64,000 nt of DNA from Candidatus Dojkabacteria bacterium (GTDB taxonomy: Bacteria > Patescibacteriota > Dojkabacteria > B142 > JAFGFJ01). Position numbers and translations under genes: made by a program. The notes beneath the pieces were generated by a model. The model was not told the origin of the DNA, ran no database searches, and was given only the letters and a program-made list of their open reading frames with translations. The stretch lies in the NCBI GenBank assembly GCA_016931155.1, contig JAFGFJ010000006.1, positions 385,419-449,418 of the forward strand, written 5' to 3'. Below are positions 48,057 through 57,809 of this stretch, one piece after another; positions within the stretch are counted from its first letter, which is position 1, and the number at the start of each line of letters is the position of its first letter.

Positions 48057-50448
48057 TATAAAATCCAGACCAATTAAACTGGCTTTTCTAATAAAGGCTA
48101 ATAGTCAAAGTTCTCTCAGAAAGGCTATCCAAATTAATTCTGTTCTTTGGGGAGGGATGTTTAATCCTATTATTCCAGTATACAAAAATCTAAGAAAACA
48201 TCTTAAGGAGCCGTACTTTAATAAGCCAAGTGCGCGCGAATTTGTTGAAGGGTGTATAGATAATTTTGATCCCGACTTTATTGTAGTTGTTGATAAGTGT
48301 GATGTTAGCAATATAAAGTTAGGAAACAGAAAAGTTATCTCAGATCTAGAGCTAATTAAAGAATTGGATCAAGGTGAATTTGAATGGGGGGTAGGTATTT
48401 ATGATATTTTGCATCATTTATTAAAAACTGAGTTAAAGTACAAAAGACGTAAACCTCTAGAAATATTGTTCCCACAACTAAATGGAATAGGCTATACAAA
48501 GTTATTCTTAGAATCAGTTTTTGGTAAATTGCCAAAGCCAGTTGAAGATAGTATCCGAAATGACTGGAGTGAAGCACTAGAAGCAAAATTCCCTAAATAT
48601 AACTTGTCTGATTACGTTAAGTATCGATCTGACGCTCTGTTCACAAGACGGCTAACTAACTTGTATTTTGAGACAGACAACCCAGGTAGGAGATTTCGAG
48701 AAAACATTATCTTTCTGATGGATATAGGTAAGTTTATTGATATTGTCGATTATTGGAATCTTAGAGCTCTTGGACTAAATGTGCTTCCTGTCCCAATCCA
48801 ATTAAATAAGGATAAATCCACAATAACTCTTGCAGAGGAATTCATTAAGGATAATTACAATAAATATAAAAACCATTATGGCGAAATGTATACGCATGTG
48901 ACTATACAGATAAGTAGAAGCTTGCAACCCGAACAAAGTAAGAATTTTGCCAGTCAGCTCACGTATGTCAAAGGTACTGGGAATGGCATTACTGTAAGTA
49001 ATGCATTCCCAAGAATTTGGGATGCTTGGGCTAGAGATAAGGATGGAGCCGAATCATGCACTTTAGAGGCTGAAGAAGAAGAATACGATATATCCGAAAG
49101 TTCTGAGAGCTTAAATCTAAAAGGTACTTTCCCGATATTCTTAGATAAGAAGAAATATGGTCAGGGCTTTAGAGTAGCTAATGATTTAAACTTTAGAATC
49201 TACAGCAACAAGGAGCTTTATGCTGAGGTTATTCCAGAAACCGATGTAAAACTTGCAAGAGCAATCGGGCATATAGGAGAGGATGACAATATAAGATTCT
49301 CGCGCAGTGGTATTAAATATTATCCAGATTCAATTGGCAGAAGGTTATATTTTGACTTACCAAAAGGAGAAGATGTATTTAAGGAATGGCTAGAAATTCA
49401 AGGGTATACTAATATTGAAGTTTCTACCCCAGGTAAGATAGCAAAACAAATCTATAAGCATCTTGGTGGTATGAGATATCTTGGACTATTGAGTACACTC
49501 GGAATCATAGGGTTTCTCAATGAGATGTCTGAAATAAGAAAAGAATCAAAAGACGGTAAAGAAGCCTATAGAGATAGCAAATGTATGAACATTGAGGAGG
49601 TGAATGAAAAACTCAGCAAGATTGGTGCAAAATTAAAATTTCCATTGTCTGCCCAAAATCTTTTATACAATTTGGTTCAATCAAAGATCATTGAGCTTGG
49701 AGTGGAGATTCAATGTGATATTTGTAGTAAGAATTCTTGGTATGAACTTAAAACATTGGGTCAAAAAATAAAATGTTCTAAATGTTTTGGTGAATTTGAA
49801 ATCCCAGCATACAATCCTACAAAACTACTTAGTTGGGCTTATAAGACTATTGGACCTTTTAGCCTTCCACAACAAGCGGATGGAGCGTATACGGTTTTGT
49901 TAACATATAGATTCTTTTCTCAGCTTTTGGATGGGCTAACTACACCGCTTATGAGCTTTGCTGGAGAAAAAGACGGTAAGCCATTTGAAGCAGATTTAGG
50001 CTTATTTTTTAGAAGTTCTAAATACAGGATAGAAAGTAATGATGTTGTATTCGCAGAGTGTAAGACTGGAAATGACTTTAAACAAAGGGATATTGATAAA
50101 ATGGTTTCGCTAGGGAAAGATTTTTCAAAAGGTATATTAGTTTTCGCAACACTTAAAGAATCTTTATCTGATGAGGAAATAAAAATGCTTAAGGTCGTAG
50201 TAGAGAGAAATAGAAAGAGGTGGCGGACAAAGAAAACATATAATTACATTGTAATCCTAACTGCAACAGAACTACTTTCTGACTGGCATCCAGAACAAGT
50301 ATGGAAAGATAAGGGAGGTTTTCGCCAAAAATTTGCTCATCATTATAGTGAGAATGAGGAATTATGGGATGCTACTGTCCAAATTTATCTTGGAGTTGAT
50401 TCTAGAGATGAGTGGTTACATCAATACCTCTCTAAAAAAAGTAAATAA
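48022..50448 (+). CDS. large hypothetical protein with a C-terminal zinc ribbon plus PD-(D/E)xK-like motif
   Basis: 808 aa. A GTG start at 48022 (or ATG at 48037) overlaps the upstream stop by 35 or 20 nt. CDICSKN...CSKC is a four-Cys zinc ribbon, followed by EADLGLFF...VVFAECK (D...ExK). Confidence 0.6.
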   Translation: MKKNQMIQGTINIKSRPIKLAFLIKANSQSSLRKAIQINSVLWGGMFNPIIPVYKNLRKHLKEPYFNKPSAREFVEGCIDNFDPDFIVVVDKCDVSNIKLGNRKVISDLELIKELDQGEFEWGVGIYDILHHLLKTELKYKRRKPLEILFPQLNGIGYTKLFLESVFGKLPKPVEDSIRNDWSEALEAKFPKYNLSDYVKYRSDALFTRRLTNLYFETDNPGRRFRENIIFLMDIGKFIDIVDYWNLRALGLNVLPVPIQLNKDKSTITLAEEFIKDNYNKYKNHYGEMYTHVTIQISRSLQPEQSKNFASQLTYVKGTGNGITVSNAFPRIWDAWARDKDGAESCTLEAEEEEYDISESSESLNLKGTFPIFLDKKKYGQGFRVANDLNFRIYSNKELYAEVIPETDVKLARAIGHIGEDDNIRFSRSGIKYYPDSIGRRLYFDLPKGEDVFKEWLEIQGYTNIEVSTPGKIAKQIYKHLGGMRYLGLLSTLGIIGFLNEMSEIRKESKDGKEAYRDSKCMNIEEVNEKLSKIGAKLKFPLSAQNLLYNLVQSKIIELGVEIQCDICSKNSWYELKTLGQKIKCSKCFGEFEIPAYNPTKLLSWAYKTIGPFSLPQQADGAYTVLLTYRFFSQLLDGLTTPLMSFAGEKDGKPFEADLGLFFRSSKYRIESNDVVFAECKTGNDFKQRDIDKMVSLGKDFSKGILVFATLKESLSDEEIKMLKVVVERNRKRWRTKKTYNYIVILTATELLSDWHPEQVWKDKGGFRQKFAHHYSENEELWDATVQIYLGVDSRDEWLHQYLSKKSK

Positions 50449-50496
50449 AAATATTCAGACTATTAATTAATATTTAACGATTGATAGTATCTTCCT

Positions 50497-50506
50497 GGTT
50501 CGAGCG
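50497..50506 (+). repeat. GGTTCGAGCG decamer copy downstream of the two-gene locus
   Basis: CCTGGTTCGAGCGATGCC lies 49 nt after the stop of the 808 aa gene. Confidence 0.55.
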
Positions 50507-50919
50507 ATGCCAACTCCACTTAAAATGAAATTAAACGGAAATTCTATTTTTTAAAATATTTTTTACGCAAATATCAATACTTTTCAGTATTATTATCATG
50601 CCGTATGGATGTAAAACATTATTAAATAAGAGTTTCTTCATAATCTATGTTGGAATAATGAAATTTGTTTTAACTGAAAATAATTTCTGATCAAAATACT
50701 CTGCCCAATTGAAAGAAAGCCTTGGTATTCGTATAATAGTGAAGGGATTGAGGTGGAAAAAGTTAACCATTTTGTTCAGCTCCCCCAACCACGAAAAGAA
50801 AGGGTAGTGATTCAAAATTGTCAGTTGCACAAAATTCTAAGTAAATGGGAGTGATTCAAAATTGGCATATGGCAAAGATCTAAATATATAAGTGTTATTA
50901 TAAATAATCGCTTCCTATA

Positions 50920-52197
50920 ATGATTAGATGTATTACAAATACCCTGAGAACAATATTTGTTGGTAAAGAACAAAATTTTACTTTCAGGAAGGTTGATCCA
51001 TCTAGCTTTACAATTCCAATGGTTTCGAAAACAAATTTATATATTCACATACCATTTTGCAAGAGCATGTGTCCTTATTGTCCCTATAATCGAGTCAGTT
51101 ACAACAAAGAGCAAATTACTTCATATATAAAATCGTTGTTGAGAGAAATTGAAAAATATTCAGATAAATTGGGCAAAATAGAAATTGGGTCGGTTTACAT
51201 TGGGGGTGGGACACCAACTAATGCGATTGATGAACTTGGAATTATTATTAAAACAATAAAAGAGAAGTTCATTATCATTGGTGATATTGCAATTGAGACG
51301 ACAATTGCTGATATAAAGCCTGATATTATAAGGAAAATGGAATCATATGGCATAAATATGATTAGTGTTGGTGTTCAAAGTTTTGATAATAAATATTTAG
51401 AATTTCTTGGCAGAAATTATCGTTCTGAAGCAATCAAACCAGCAATTACTTTATTAAAAAAATCGAGCATAAAAAACATTAATATTGATTTAATGTTTGC
51501 ACTACCAGAACAAACACAAGCGGAATTATCTAGTGATCTAAAAAATTTTATTAGCCTGCAAGTTGACCAAGTAACAACTTATCCATTATTCACTTTCCCA
51601 TATTCAGACGTTGCTGATTATATAAAGGTTTCAAAATTAAAAACTCCAAATATTTTTATAAGAAGAAAGTATTATAAATTTATTCATGACTATCTATCAA
51701 AAAGGGGTTATCAGATGTCTTCTGTATGGAGTTTTAATAAAACTGACAGTCAGTATAATAAGCGGTATTCTTCAGTTACCCGAGAGAACTATATGGGTCT
51801 GGGTGCTGGTTCAGCTTCAAGGTTTGAAAACACTTTTTATTTTAACACCTTTTCTATTCCTGAATATGAGAGTAGACTTTCACAAAATCGTCTTCCAATT
51901 GCAATTAATATGAACATTACTCCTTCTTTATCAAAGTATTATTGGTTCTATTGGAGACTTTACGATACAGAATTTAATCAACAGGACATTAAGAAGTTGA
52001 AAGATTATAAAATAAACACATTAATAAAACTATTTCATTTGTTGGGATTTTCCAAAAGAAGTGGAGAAATAGTGAGCCTAACTGAGAGGGGTTCCTTTTG
52101 GATTCATTTGGCACAAAACTATTTTATGCTTGATTACATTAATAAGGTTTGGAGCGTCATGAAAAATGAGCCATTTCCTGAAAAAATAACAATCTAG
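50920..52197 (+). CDS. radical SAM protein, HemN/HemW-like (coproporphyrinogen III oxidase family)
   Basis: CKSMCPYCPY (CxxxCxxC) motif and the GGGTP motif. 425 aa. Confidence 0.7.
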   Translation: MIRCITNTLRTIFVGKEQNFTFRKVDPSSFTIPMVSKTNLYIHIPFCKSMCPYCPYNRVSYNKEQITSYIKSLLREIEKYSDKLGKIEIGSVYIGGGTPTNAIDELGIIIKTIKEKFIIIGDIAIETTIADIKPDIIRKMESYGINMISVGVQSFDNKYLEFLGRNYRSEAIKPAITLLKKSSIKNINIDLMFALPEQTQAELSSDLKNFISLQVDQVTTYPLFTFPYSDVADYIKVSKLKTPNIFIRRKYYKFIHDYLSKRGYQMSSVWSFNKTDSQYNKRYSSVTRENYMGLGAGSASRFENTFYFNTFSIPEYESRLSQNRLPIAINMNITPSLSKYYWFYWRLYDTEFNQQDIKKLKDYKINTLIKLFHLLGFSKRSGEIVSLTERGSFWIHLAQNYFMLDYINKVWSVMKNEPFPEKITI

Positions 52198-52481
52198 TAT
52201 CGAAATATATTTGATCATGTTTGCAGATACTCCCTCGAGTCTCCAAAAGTCAATTTCCTGTTGAAAGAAGGTTTTGGTATGCGTATACTTGTAGATGGAT
52301 ATAGAGAGGAGGTGTTTTTTTATTGTGTTTAGTGTCAGCAGCTTTAGAAAATAAGAAAGCGAGAGAGTCTCTATCCAGAATTGGTGAGAATGTCGATGCC
52401 GGTTTAGAATTGGAAGAAGAATTCAGCTTTTTCCGAAATCTTTTACCAAGTTTAAGTAATTGTTATTTTATCTACACGAGC

Positions 52482-53663
52482 ATGGAATCGTTTAATAAAT
52501 ACAAAACATTAATACTTCTTTTTCTTTGTGCATGGCTTGTTCTGGTAATTACCATATATACAGGCAGTGAAAGTTTCTACAAGAATCTTCCCAAAGAAAA
52601 TCCTGACACGGAATTTGTTGAGGGAGATCCAGAGTATACTGGAGAGTTCTATCTGGGAAAAGTTGTTGAGGTAATTGAGGAGGGTGTTGATGAAGAGATT
52701 AATCAAGGGTATCAGCTGCTAAGAATAGAGCTGTTGTCCGGTGATAGAGCAGGAGAAGAAATTGAAATACCAAATGAAGCATTATTGGATGTAAAAGATG
52801 GGAGGATGGTTGAGGTAGGAGAGAAGGTTATTGTTAACAGGAATGCTTCACAACTGGAGTCAAACTATGTAATAACAGAGAAGTATAGGCTTGATGCTCT
52901 CATTTTGATTGGTCTTCTTTTTGTCTTGTTTGTCATTGCTACTTCCGGTTATAAAGGTCTTGGTTCTGTTTTTGGTCTTATCTTCACGGTGGTGGTTCTT
53001 GTTAAATTTGTTGTTCCCCAGATACTTGAAGGAAAGAATCCATTGATTATCTGTATTGCTGGAGCTCTTATTATAACTACCGTATCAATTTATCTGGCTC
53101 ATGGTTTTTCAAGAAAGACATCTTTGGCGGTTTTGAGTACTTTGATAACAGTAACTGTTTCAGCAGTGCTGGCTTTTCTATTTGTTGATGCGACAAAGCT
53201 TTTCGGATTGGGGAGCGAGGAATCATATTTTCTAAAATTTGCTCAGGGGGAATCCATTGATCTTCGTGGTCTTTTACTTGGAGGAATAGTTTTCGGTGCA
53301 CTAGGTGTTCTTGATGATGTGACAACAGCTCAGACTGCATCTATATATGAAATAAAAATAGCCAATCCGATGCTTGAGTTTGGAGAACTATACAGAAGAG
53401 GTTTGTCTATAGGTAGAGAGCATATCGCTTCTCTAATAAATACTCTTGCTCTTGCATATATTGGTTCATCATTCCCGGTTTTACTCCTTTTTACTTTGAA
53501 TAAATTTGAGCCAATTTGGACGAGTTTGAATGATGAATTTATTGCAGAGGAAATAGTAAGGACTTTAATAGGAAGTTCTGCTCTCGTCTTTGCGGTTCCA
53601 ATTTCAACATATATTGCTGCTAAGTTCTTAAAAGTTAAAAACGAAATACCCCGCTCACACTAG
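52482..53663 (+). CDS. YibE/F-like multi-pass membrane protein
   Basis: Start re-set to MESFNKYK. N-terminal TM, an ~110 aa extracytoplasmic domain, then 6-7 TM helices. Confidence 0.4.
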   Translation: MESFNKYKTLILLFLCAWLVLVITIYTGSESFYKNLPKENPDTEFVEGDPEYTGEFYLGKVVEVIEEGVDEEINQGYQLLRIELLSGDRAGEEIEIPNEALLDVKDGRMVEVGEKVIVNRNASQLESNYVITEKYRLDALILIGLLFVLFVIATSGYKGLGSVFGLIFTVVVLVKFVVPQILEGKNPLIICIAGALIITTVSIYLAHGFSRKTSLAVLSTLITVTVSAVLAFLFVDATKLFGLGSEESYFLKFAQGESIDLRGLLLGGIVFGALGVLDDVTTAQTASIYEIKIANPMLEFGELYRRGLSIGREHIASLINTLALAYIGSSFPVLLLFTLNKFEPIWTSLNDEFIAEEIVRTLIGSSALVFAVPISTYIAAKFLKVKNEIPRSH

Positions 53664-54009
53664 AGTAATATACTATTCAGAGGTATTGTTAAGAACCAAT
53701 CGGCTGTGTGTATCTTCTGTAGGTAATAACTACCTGTACTTGCAGTATATTTAGTGTTCTACCTTTTGTCTTCTGGCAAGTATAGGTTCAGGCATTGTCC
53801 TTTGTTTTGAATATTTTCTGCTTTGTGTATATAATGTTTGAACGGAAATAATACTCTATCATTGTAAAAATAATTGCTCAGTTGGAGTACAGGTTTGATG
53901 TCAAACTAATAAATTGGAATTAATAAACATAGGGGTTGCGTTGTACATTTTTGGTGATTATTCTCTTGGATTTGAAAGATAAATTTTATCTATTTTTTAA
54001 TTATTATTT

Positions 54010-54828
54010 ATGGCTACTCACAGAACGACAGGAAGGACTGAGGGATCGGTGACAACAATCGACCTTCAAAATTTTCTTGTACCAATTTCAATTTTTTTAT
54101 CTTCTATCATTATTGCACTCTCCATCTTTTTAGCTGGCAGAACGATTGCGATCTCTATTGATCCTGATTCGGTTAAATCTTCAAAAGATGATAATAGTGT
54201 AATAGGAAATGTCGAGGGAGAAGTTGCCCCGGTCGAACCTGAAGAGCCAATAATTACTACTATCTCAATTGATGATGATGCTATTCTGGGTGATCCAAAT
54301 GCAAAAGTTGCGATTGTAGAATTCAGTGATTATGAGTGTCCTTTCTGTAAAAGACACTGGGAGGAAACTTATTCAGAAATTGTGAAGAACTATGTAGATA
54401 CGGGAGAGGTCATTATTGTATTCAGAGATTTTCCTCTTTCATTTCATGATCCTGCTGCGACAAGAGAAGCATATGCCGCCGAGTGTGCAAGAGAACAGGG
54501 GAATGATAAAACCTACTATAAAATGCATGACAAAATATTTGAGACAAGTATTGGGAATGGAGCAGGTATTTCCGATGATACTATGAGGTCTTTGGCGGAA
54601 GGGATAGGAATAGATGGAAACAAGCTTATAGATTGTATGAACAGTGGGAAATATGCAGATGAGGTACAGAAAGATCTCTCAGAAGGATCTGTTGCCGGCA
54701 TCAATGGTACACCTGGATTTGTAATTGGGAAACTTGGTAGTGATGGAATGGTCACAGGCACTATAGTATCAGGAGCACAGCCTTATACATCTTTTGAGAG
54801 TATTATAAAAGAATATCTCGGCAAATAA
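54010..54828 (+). CDS. DsbA-like thioredoxin-fold oxidoreductase, membrane-anchored
   Basis: N-terminal TM and a CPFC active-site motif in a thioredoxin fold. Confidence 0.7.
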   Translation: MATHRTTGRTEGSVTTIDLQNFLVPISIFLSSIIIALSIFLAGRTIAISIDPDSVKSSKDDNSVIGNVEGEVAPVEPEEPIITTISIDDDAILGDPNAKVAIVEFSDYECPFCKRHWEETYSEIVKNYVDTGEVIIVFRDFPLSFHDPAATREAYAAECAREQGNDKTYYKMHDKIFETSIGNGAGISDDTMRSLAEGIGIDGNKLIDCMNSGKYADEVQKDLSEGSVAGINGTPGFVIGKLGSDGMVTGTIVSGAQPYTSFESIIKEYLGK

Positions 54829-54959
54829 AGAAGGAAGGAAATAGCCCTAATTTCAGCTTGTGGAATATGTCACAGTTGTGTTTTTCCTGCGGATTCTTGA
54901 CGTTTTTTGCTCTGTCTATTACTATATTGTGTTAGTTGTTTATTTTCGGGATCTGACTA

Positions 54960-55337
54960 ATGGGGAATAACAAGAGAATTCTGGTTGTTGAAGATGAGAT
55001 TGATGTTCTGGCTCTTTATAAGGATGCGCTCGTGTCGAGCGGGTTCGAAGTTGAAAGTGTGAGCAACGGTCAAGAGGCTTTGGATATTCTGAGTACTGAT
55101 AAATTTGACATAATTCTTCTGGATATTGTTATGCCTGTTCTTGATGGGGTAGAGACTCTAAGACAGATCAAATCTGATACGAATAAGTATGGAACGATGC
55201 CTGTTGTAATGTTGAGCAATATTGGAGGAGATGTTGCAATAGATAAAGCATTGGAATATGGAGCAGATGGATATCTTCTAAAATCGGAAACCGACGTAAC
55301 TGAGCTTGCGGATATTGTAAACAAATATCTCGCTTAA
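54960..55337 (+). CDS. stand-alone response-regulator receiver (CheY-like) domain protein
   Basis: ILVVEDE...IILLDIVMPVLDG...LLKS receiver motifs. At 125 aa it has no output domain. Confidence 0.75.
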   Translation: MGNNKRILVVEDEIDVLALYKDALVSSGFEVESVSNGQEALDILSTDKFDIILLDIVMPVLDGVETLRQIKSDTNKYGTMPVVMLSNIGGDVAIDKALEYGADGYLLKSETDVTELADIVNKYLA

Positions 55338-55457
55338 TAATTCCTGTGAGCTTTTTTTGAATACTTTCTTTCTATCAATTTACAATTCAACAACAACACT
55401 ACACAAGGGTTTTTCTAAATGCTAAGATGGTTTTTGTTATTCTTTTAATCCGGTCTT

Positions 55458-56744
55458 ATGAAAATTAGAAAAGTTGCGGCAAGGCAAATATTTGATTCAA
55501 GGGGAACACCAACAGTTGAGGCAGAAGTGTTTCTTGAAGGTGGAGTTTTTGGTCGTGCCAGTGTTCCAAGTGGAGCCTCGACTGGAGAGCATGAGGCAAT
55601 TGAATTGCGTGATAATGATGAAGATAAATTTTTCGGTCAGGGTGTGCTGAACGCAGTCCAAAATGTAAATGACTTGATTGGCAGGCAAATTCTCGGAATG
55701 GATGCTGGAGACCAGGAGGGGATTGATGAAAAGATGATTGAAATTGACGGGACTCAGAATAAGTCAAAACTAGGTGCAAATGCTATTCTTGCGGTCTCTA
55801 TGGCTGTTGCTGTAGCTGAAGCAAAAGCAGAACAAAAATGGCTTTTTGATTATCTCTCCAAATATAATATCTGGGACAAAAGATCGATTCTTCCATGTCC
55901 GATGTTTAATGTGATCAATGGAGGGAAACACGCAGTCGGAGGTGTAGATTTCCAGGAATTTATGATTATGCCTCTAGGTGCTGAGAGTTTTCACGAAGCA
56001 TTTGAAATGGGAGTAAAAACTTTTTCGGTCTTGAAACAGATTTTCAGAGACAAGGGTCTTCCTACTCTTGTCGGGGATGAAGGAGGTTTTGCACCCAGGA
56101 CTGAAAAAAATGAGGACGCACTAAAGTTGATTATGCAGGCAATAGAAACTGCAGGATATAAACCGGGGAAGGATATTTATATTGCACTCGATCCTGCGGT
56201 TTCAGAAATATATGAGCAGGGTTATTACAATTTAATTTTGGAAAATGAAAAACTTGATAGGGAAGGTATGATCAGTTATTGGGAAGAAGTAGTTGAGAAA
56301 TATCCGATAATATCTCTTGAAGATCCGCTAGATGAAAATGACTGGGAAGGATGGCATGAAATTATGAAAAAACTCGGAGACAAAGTACAAATAGTTGGAG
56401 ATGATCTCTTCGTGACAAACGTTGAAAGAATAAAAAAGGGGATTGAGCAAGGAGTAGCGAATTGTTCGCTCATAAAATTAAATCAGATAGGAACGGTTAC
56501 CGAGACAATCAGAGCAATCAGACTGGGTGTTGAAAATAGTTTTACAAATGTTATTTCACACAGATCCGGGGAAACTGAAGATACTTTTATTGCTGATCTC
56601 TCGGTTGCTATGGCAACAGGGCAGATAAAGACGGGATCATTCACAAGAAGTGAGAGAGTAGCAAAATACAATCAGCTTTTAAGAATAGAGGAGTATCTCG
56701 GTGACAAAGCAGTGTTCCTCGGAAAAAACGCATTAAATCTGTAA
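55458..56744 (+). CDS. eno: enolase
   Basis: Full enolase signature (SHRSGETED, IKLNQIGT). 428 aa. Confidence 0.92.
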   Translation: MKIRKVAARQIFDSRGTPTVEAEVFLEGGVFGRASVPSGASTGEHEAIELRDNDEDKFFGQGVLNAVQNVNDLIGRQILGMDAGDQEGIDEKMIEIDGTQNKSKLGANAILAVSMAVAVAEAKAEQKWLFDYLSKYNIWDKRSILPCPMFNVINGGKHAVGGVDFQEFMIMPLGAESFHEAFEMGVKTFSVLKQIFRDKGLPTLVGDEGGFAPRTEKNEDALKLIMQAIETAGYKPGKDIYIALDPAVSEIYEQGYYNLILENEKLDREGMISYWEEVVEKYPIISLEDPLDENDWEGWHEIMKKLGDKVQIVGDDLFVTNVERIKKGIEQGVANCSLIKLNQIGTVTETIRAIRLGVENSFTNVISHRSGETEDTFIADLSVAMATGQIKTGSFTRSERVAKYNQLLRIEEYLGDKAVFLGKNALNL

Positions 56745-56753
56745 ATAAATTTT

Positions 56754-57698
56754 ATGAAAACTGCTTTTGTAAATGAATTGAAGATTGGGCAAAAGCTTGA
56801 AGCCGAACATTTTTTGTTAAGTGATTTCAGGAGCGCGAAGACAAAGAAGGGAGACACGTACTACAGGCTGGAGCTTGCCGATAAAACTGGAAGAATTCCA
56901 GCAGTAATGTGGCCGGATAACATTCAAAATGCAGAAAGAAATATCTTCAATGTCGGGGATGTACTATCAATTGATGCCTCAGTAGAAGACCTCAGGGGTA
57001 TGCTTCAGTTGGATATCGTGAGGGCGGCTAAGGCGAAGGAATATGATGATGGCGATTTTCAGGAGACAACAGGTAAGGATATAAAGGATTTGTGGAGAAA
57101 GGTTGAGGATACTATTGATACTATTGAAAATAAGTGGATAAAAGAATTACTACAAGATATTTTTTCGGATAAGGATATTGTAGAAAAATTCAAAAAATAT
57201 CCTGCGGCGAAAACAATTCACCATCAATTTATTGGAGGTCTTCTTGAGCATGTAAGTGAGATGCTTTCTATCTCTGAGATACTATGTCAGTACTATCCGG
57301 AAGCGGACTCTGATATAGTAAAAGCCGCTGTTCTGCTTCATGATATCGGTAAACTTCAGGAGTATACACAAGCCGGCATTGGTTATGACAGAACAGTAGA
57401 GGGTAGGCTAATTGGCCATGTAGTTCTTGGTGTAGAATTTGTAAATTCCAGGCTTAGGGATGGTTTCCCGAAAGACCTGAAGATGAAAATTAACCATATA
57501 ATACTTTCACATCACGGACAGCTTGAATTTGGAAGTCCTGTTGTTCCGAAAACAATAGAAGCTGCAATTGTGAGATCAGCTGATGATGCTTCTTCAAAGG
57601 TACGCCAGTACCAGAAATATCTCAAAGCTCACGAAGGATCTGACGAGGAGTTTTCAAACTACGATCAGTTTATAGAGACTGAAGTGTATTTGAAATGA
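56754..57698 (+). CDS. OB-fold plus HD-domain protein (YhaM-like 3'-5' exoribonuclease family)
   Basis: N-terminal OB fold, then H...HD motifs (HHQFIGGLLEH, LLHDIGK). Confidence 0.6.
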   Translation: MKTAFVNELKIGQKLEAEHFLLSDFRSAKTKKGDTYYRLELADKTGRIPAVMWPDNIQNAERNIFNVGDVLSIDASVEDLRGMLQLDIVRAAKAKEYDDGDFQETTGKDIKDLWRKVEDTIDTIENKWIKELLQDIFSDKDIVEKFKKYPAAKTIHHQFIGGLLEHVSEMLSISEILCQYYPEADSDIVKAAVLLHDIGKLQEYTQAGIGYDRTVEGRLIGHVVLGVEFVNSRLRDGFPKDLKMKINHIILSHHGQLEFGSPVVPKTIEAAIVRSADDASSKVRQYQKYLKAHEGSDEEFSNYDQFIETEVYLK

Positions 57699-57809
57699 CA
57701 AGGAAGGTAAAGACAGGGAAAGTCTCTGGCGGCTCGGATTGTATCTGGATTCGGCTAGGATTGCATGTGGATTACTGCTAAACTTGATCTGAAATATATA
57801 TTGTCGGTT

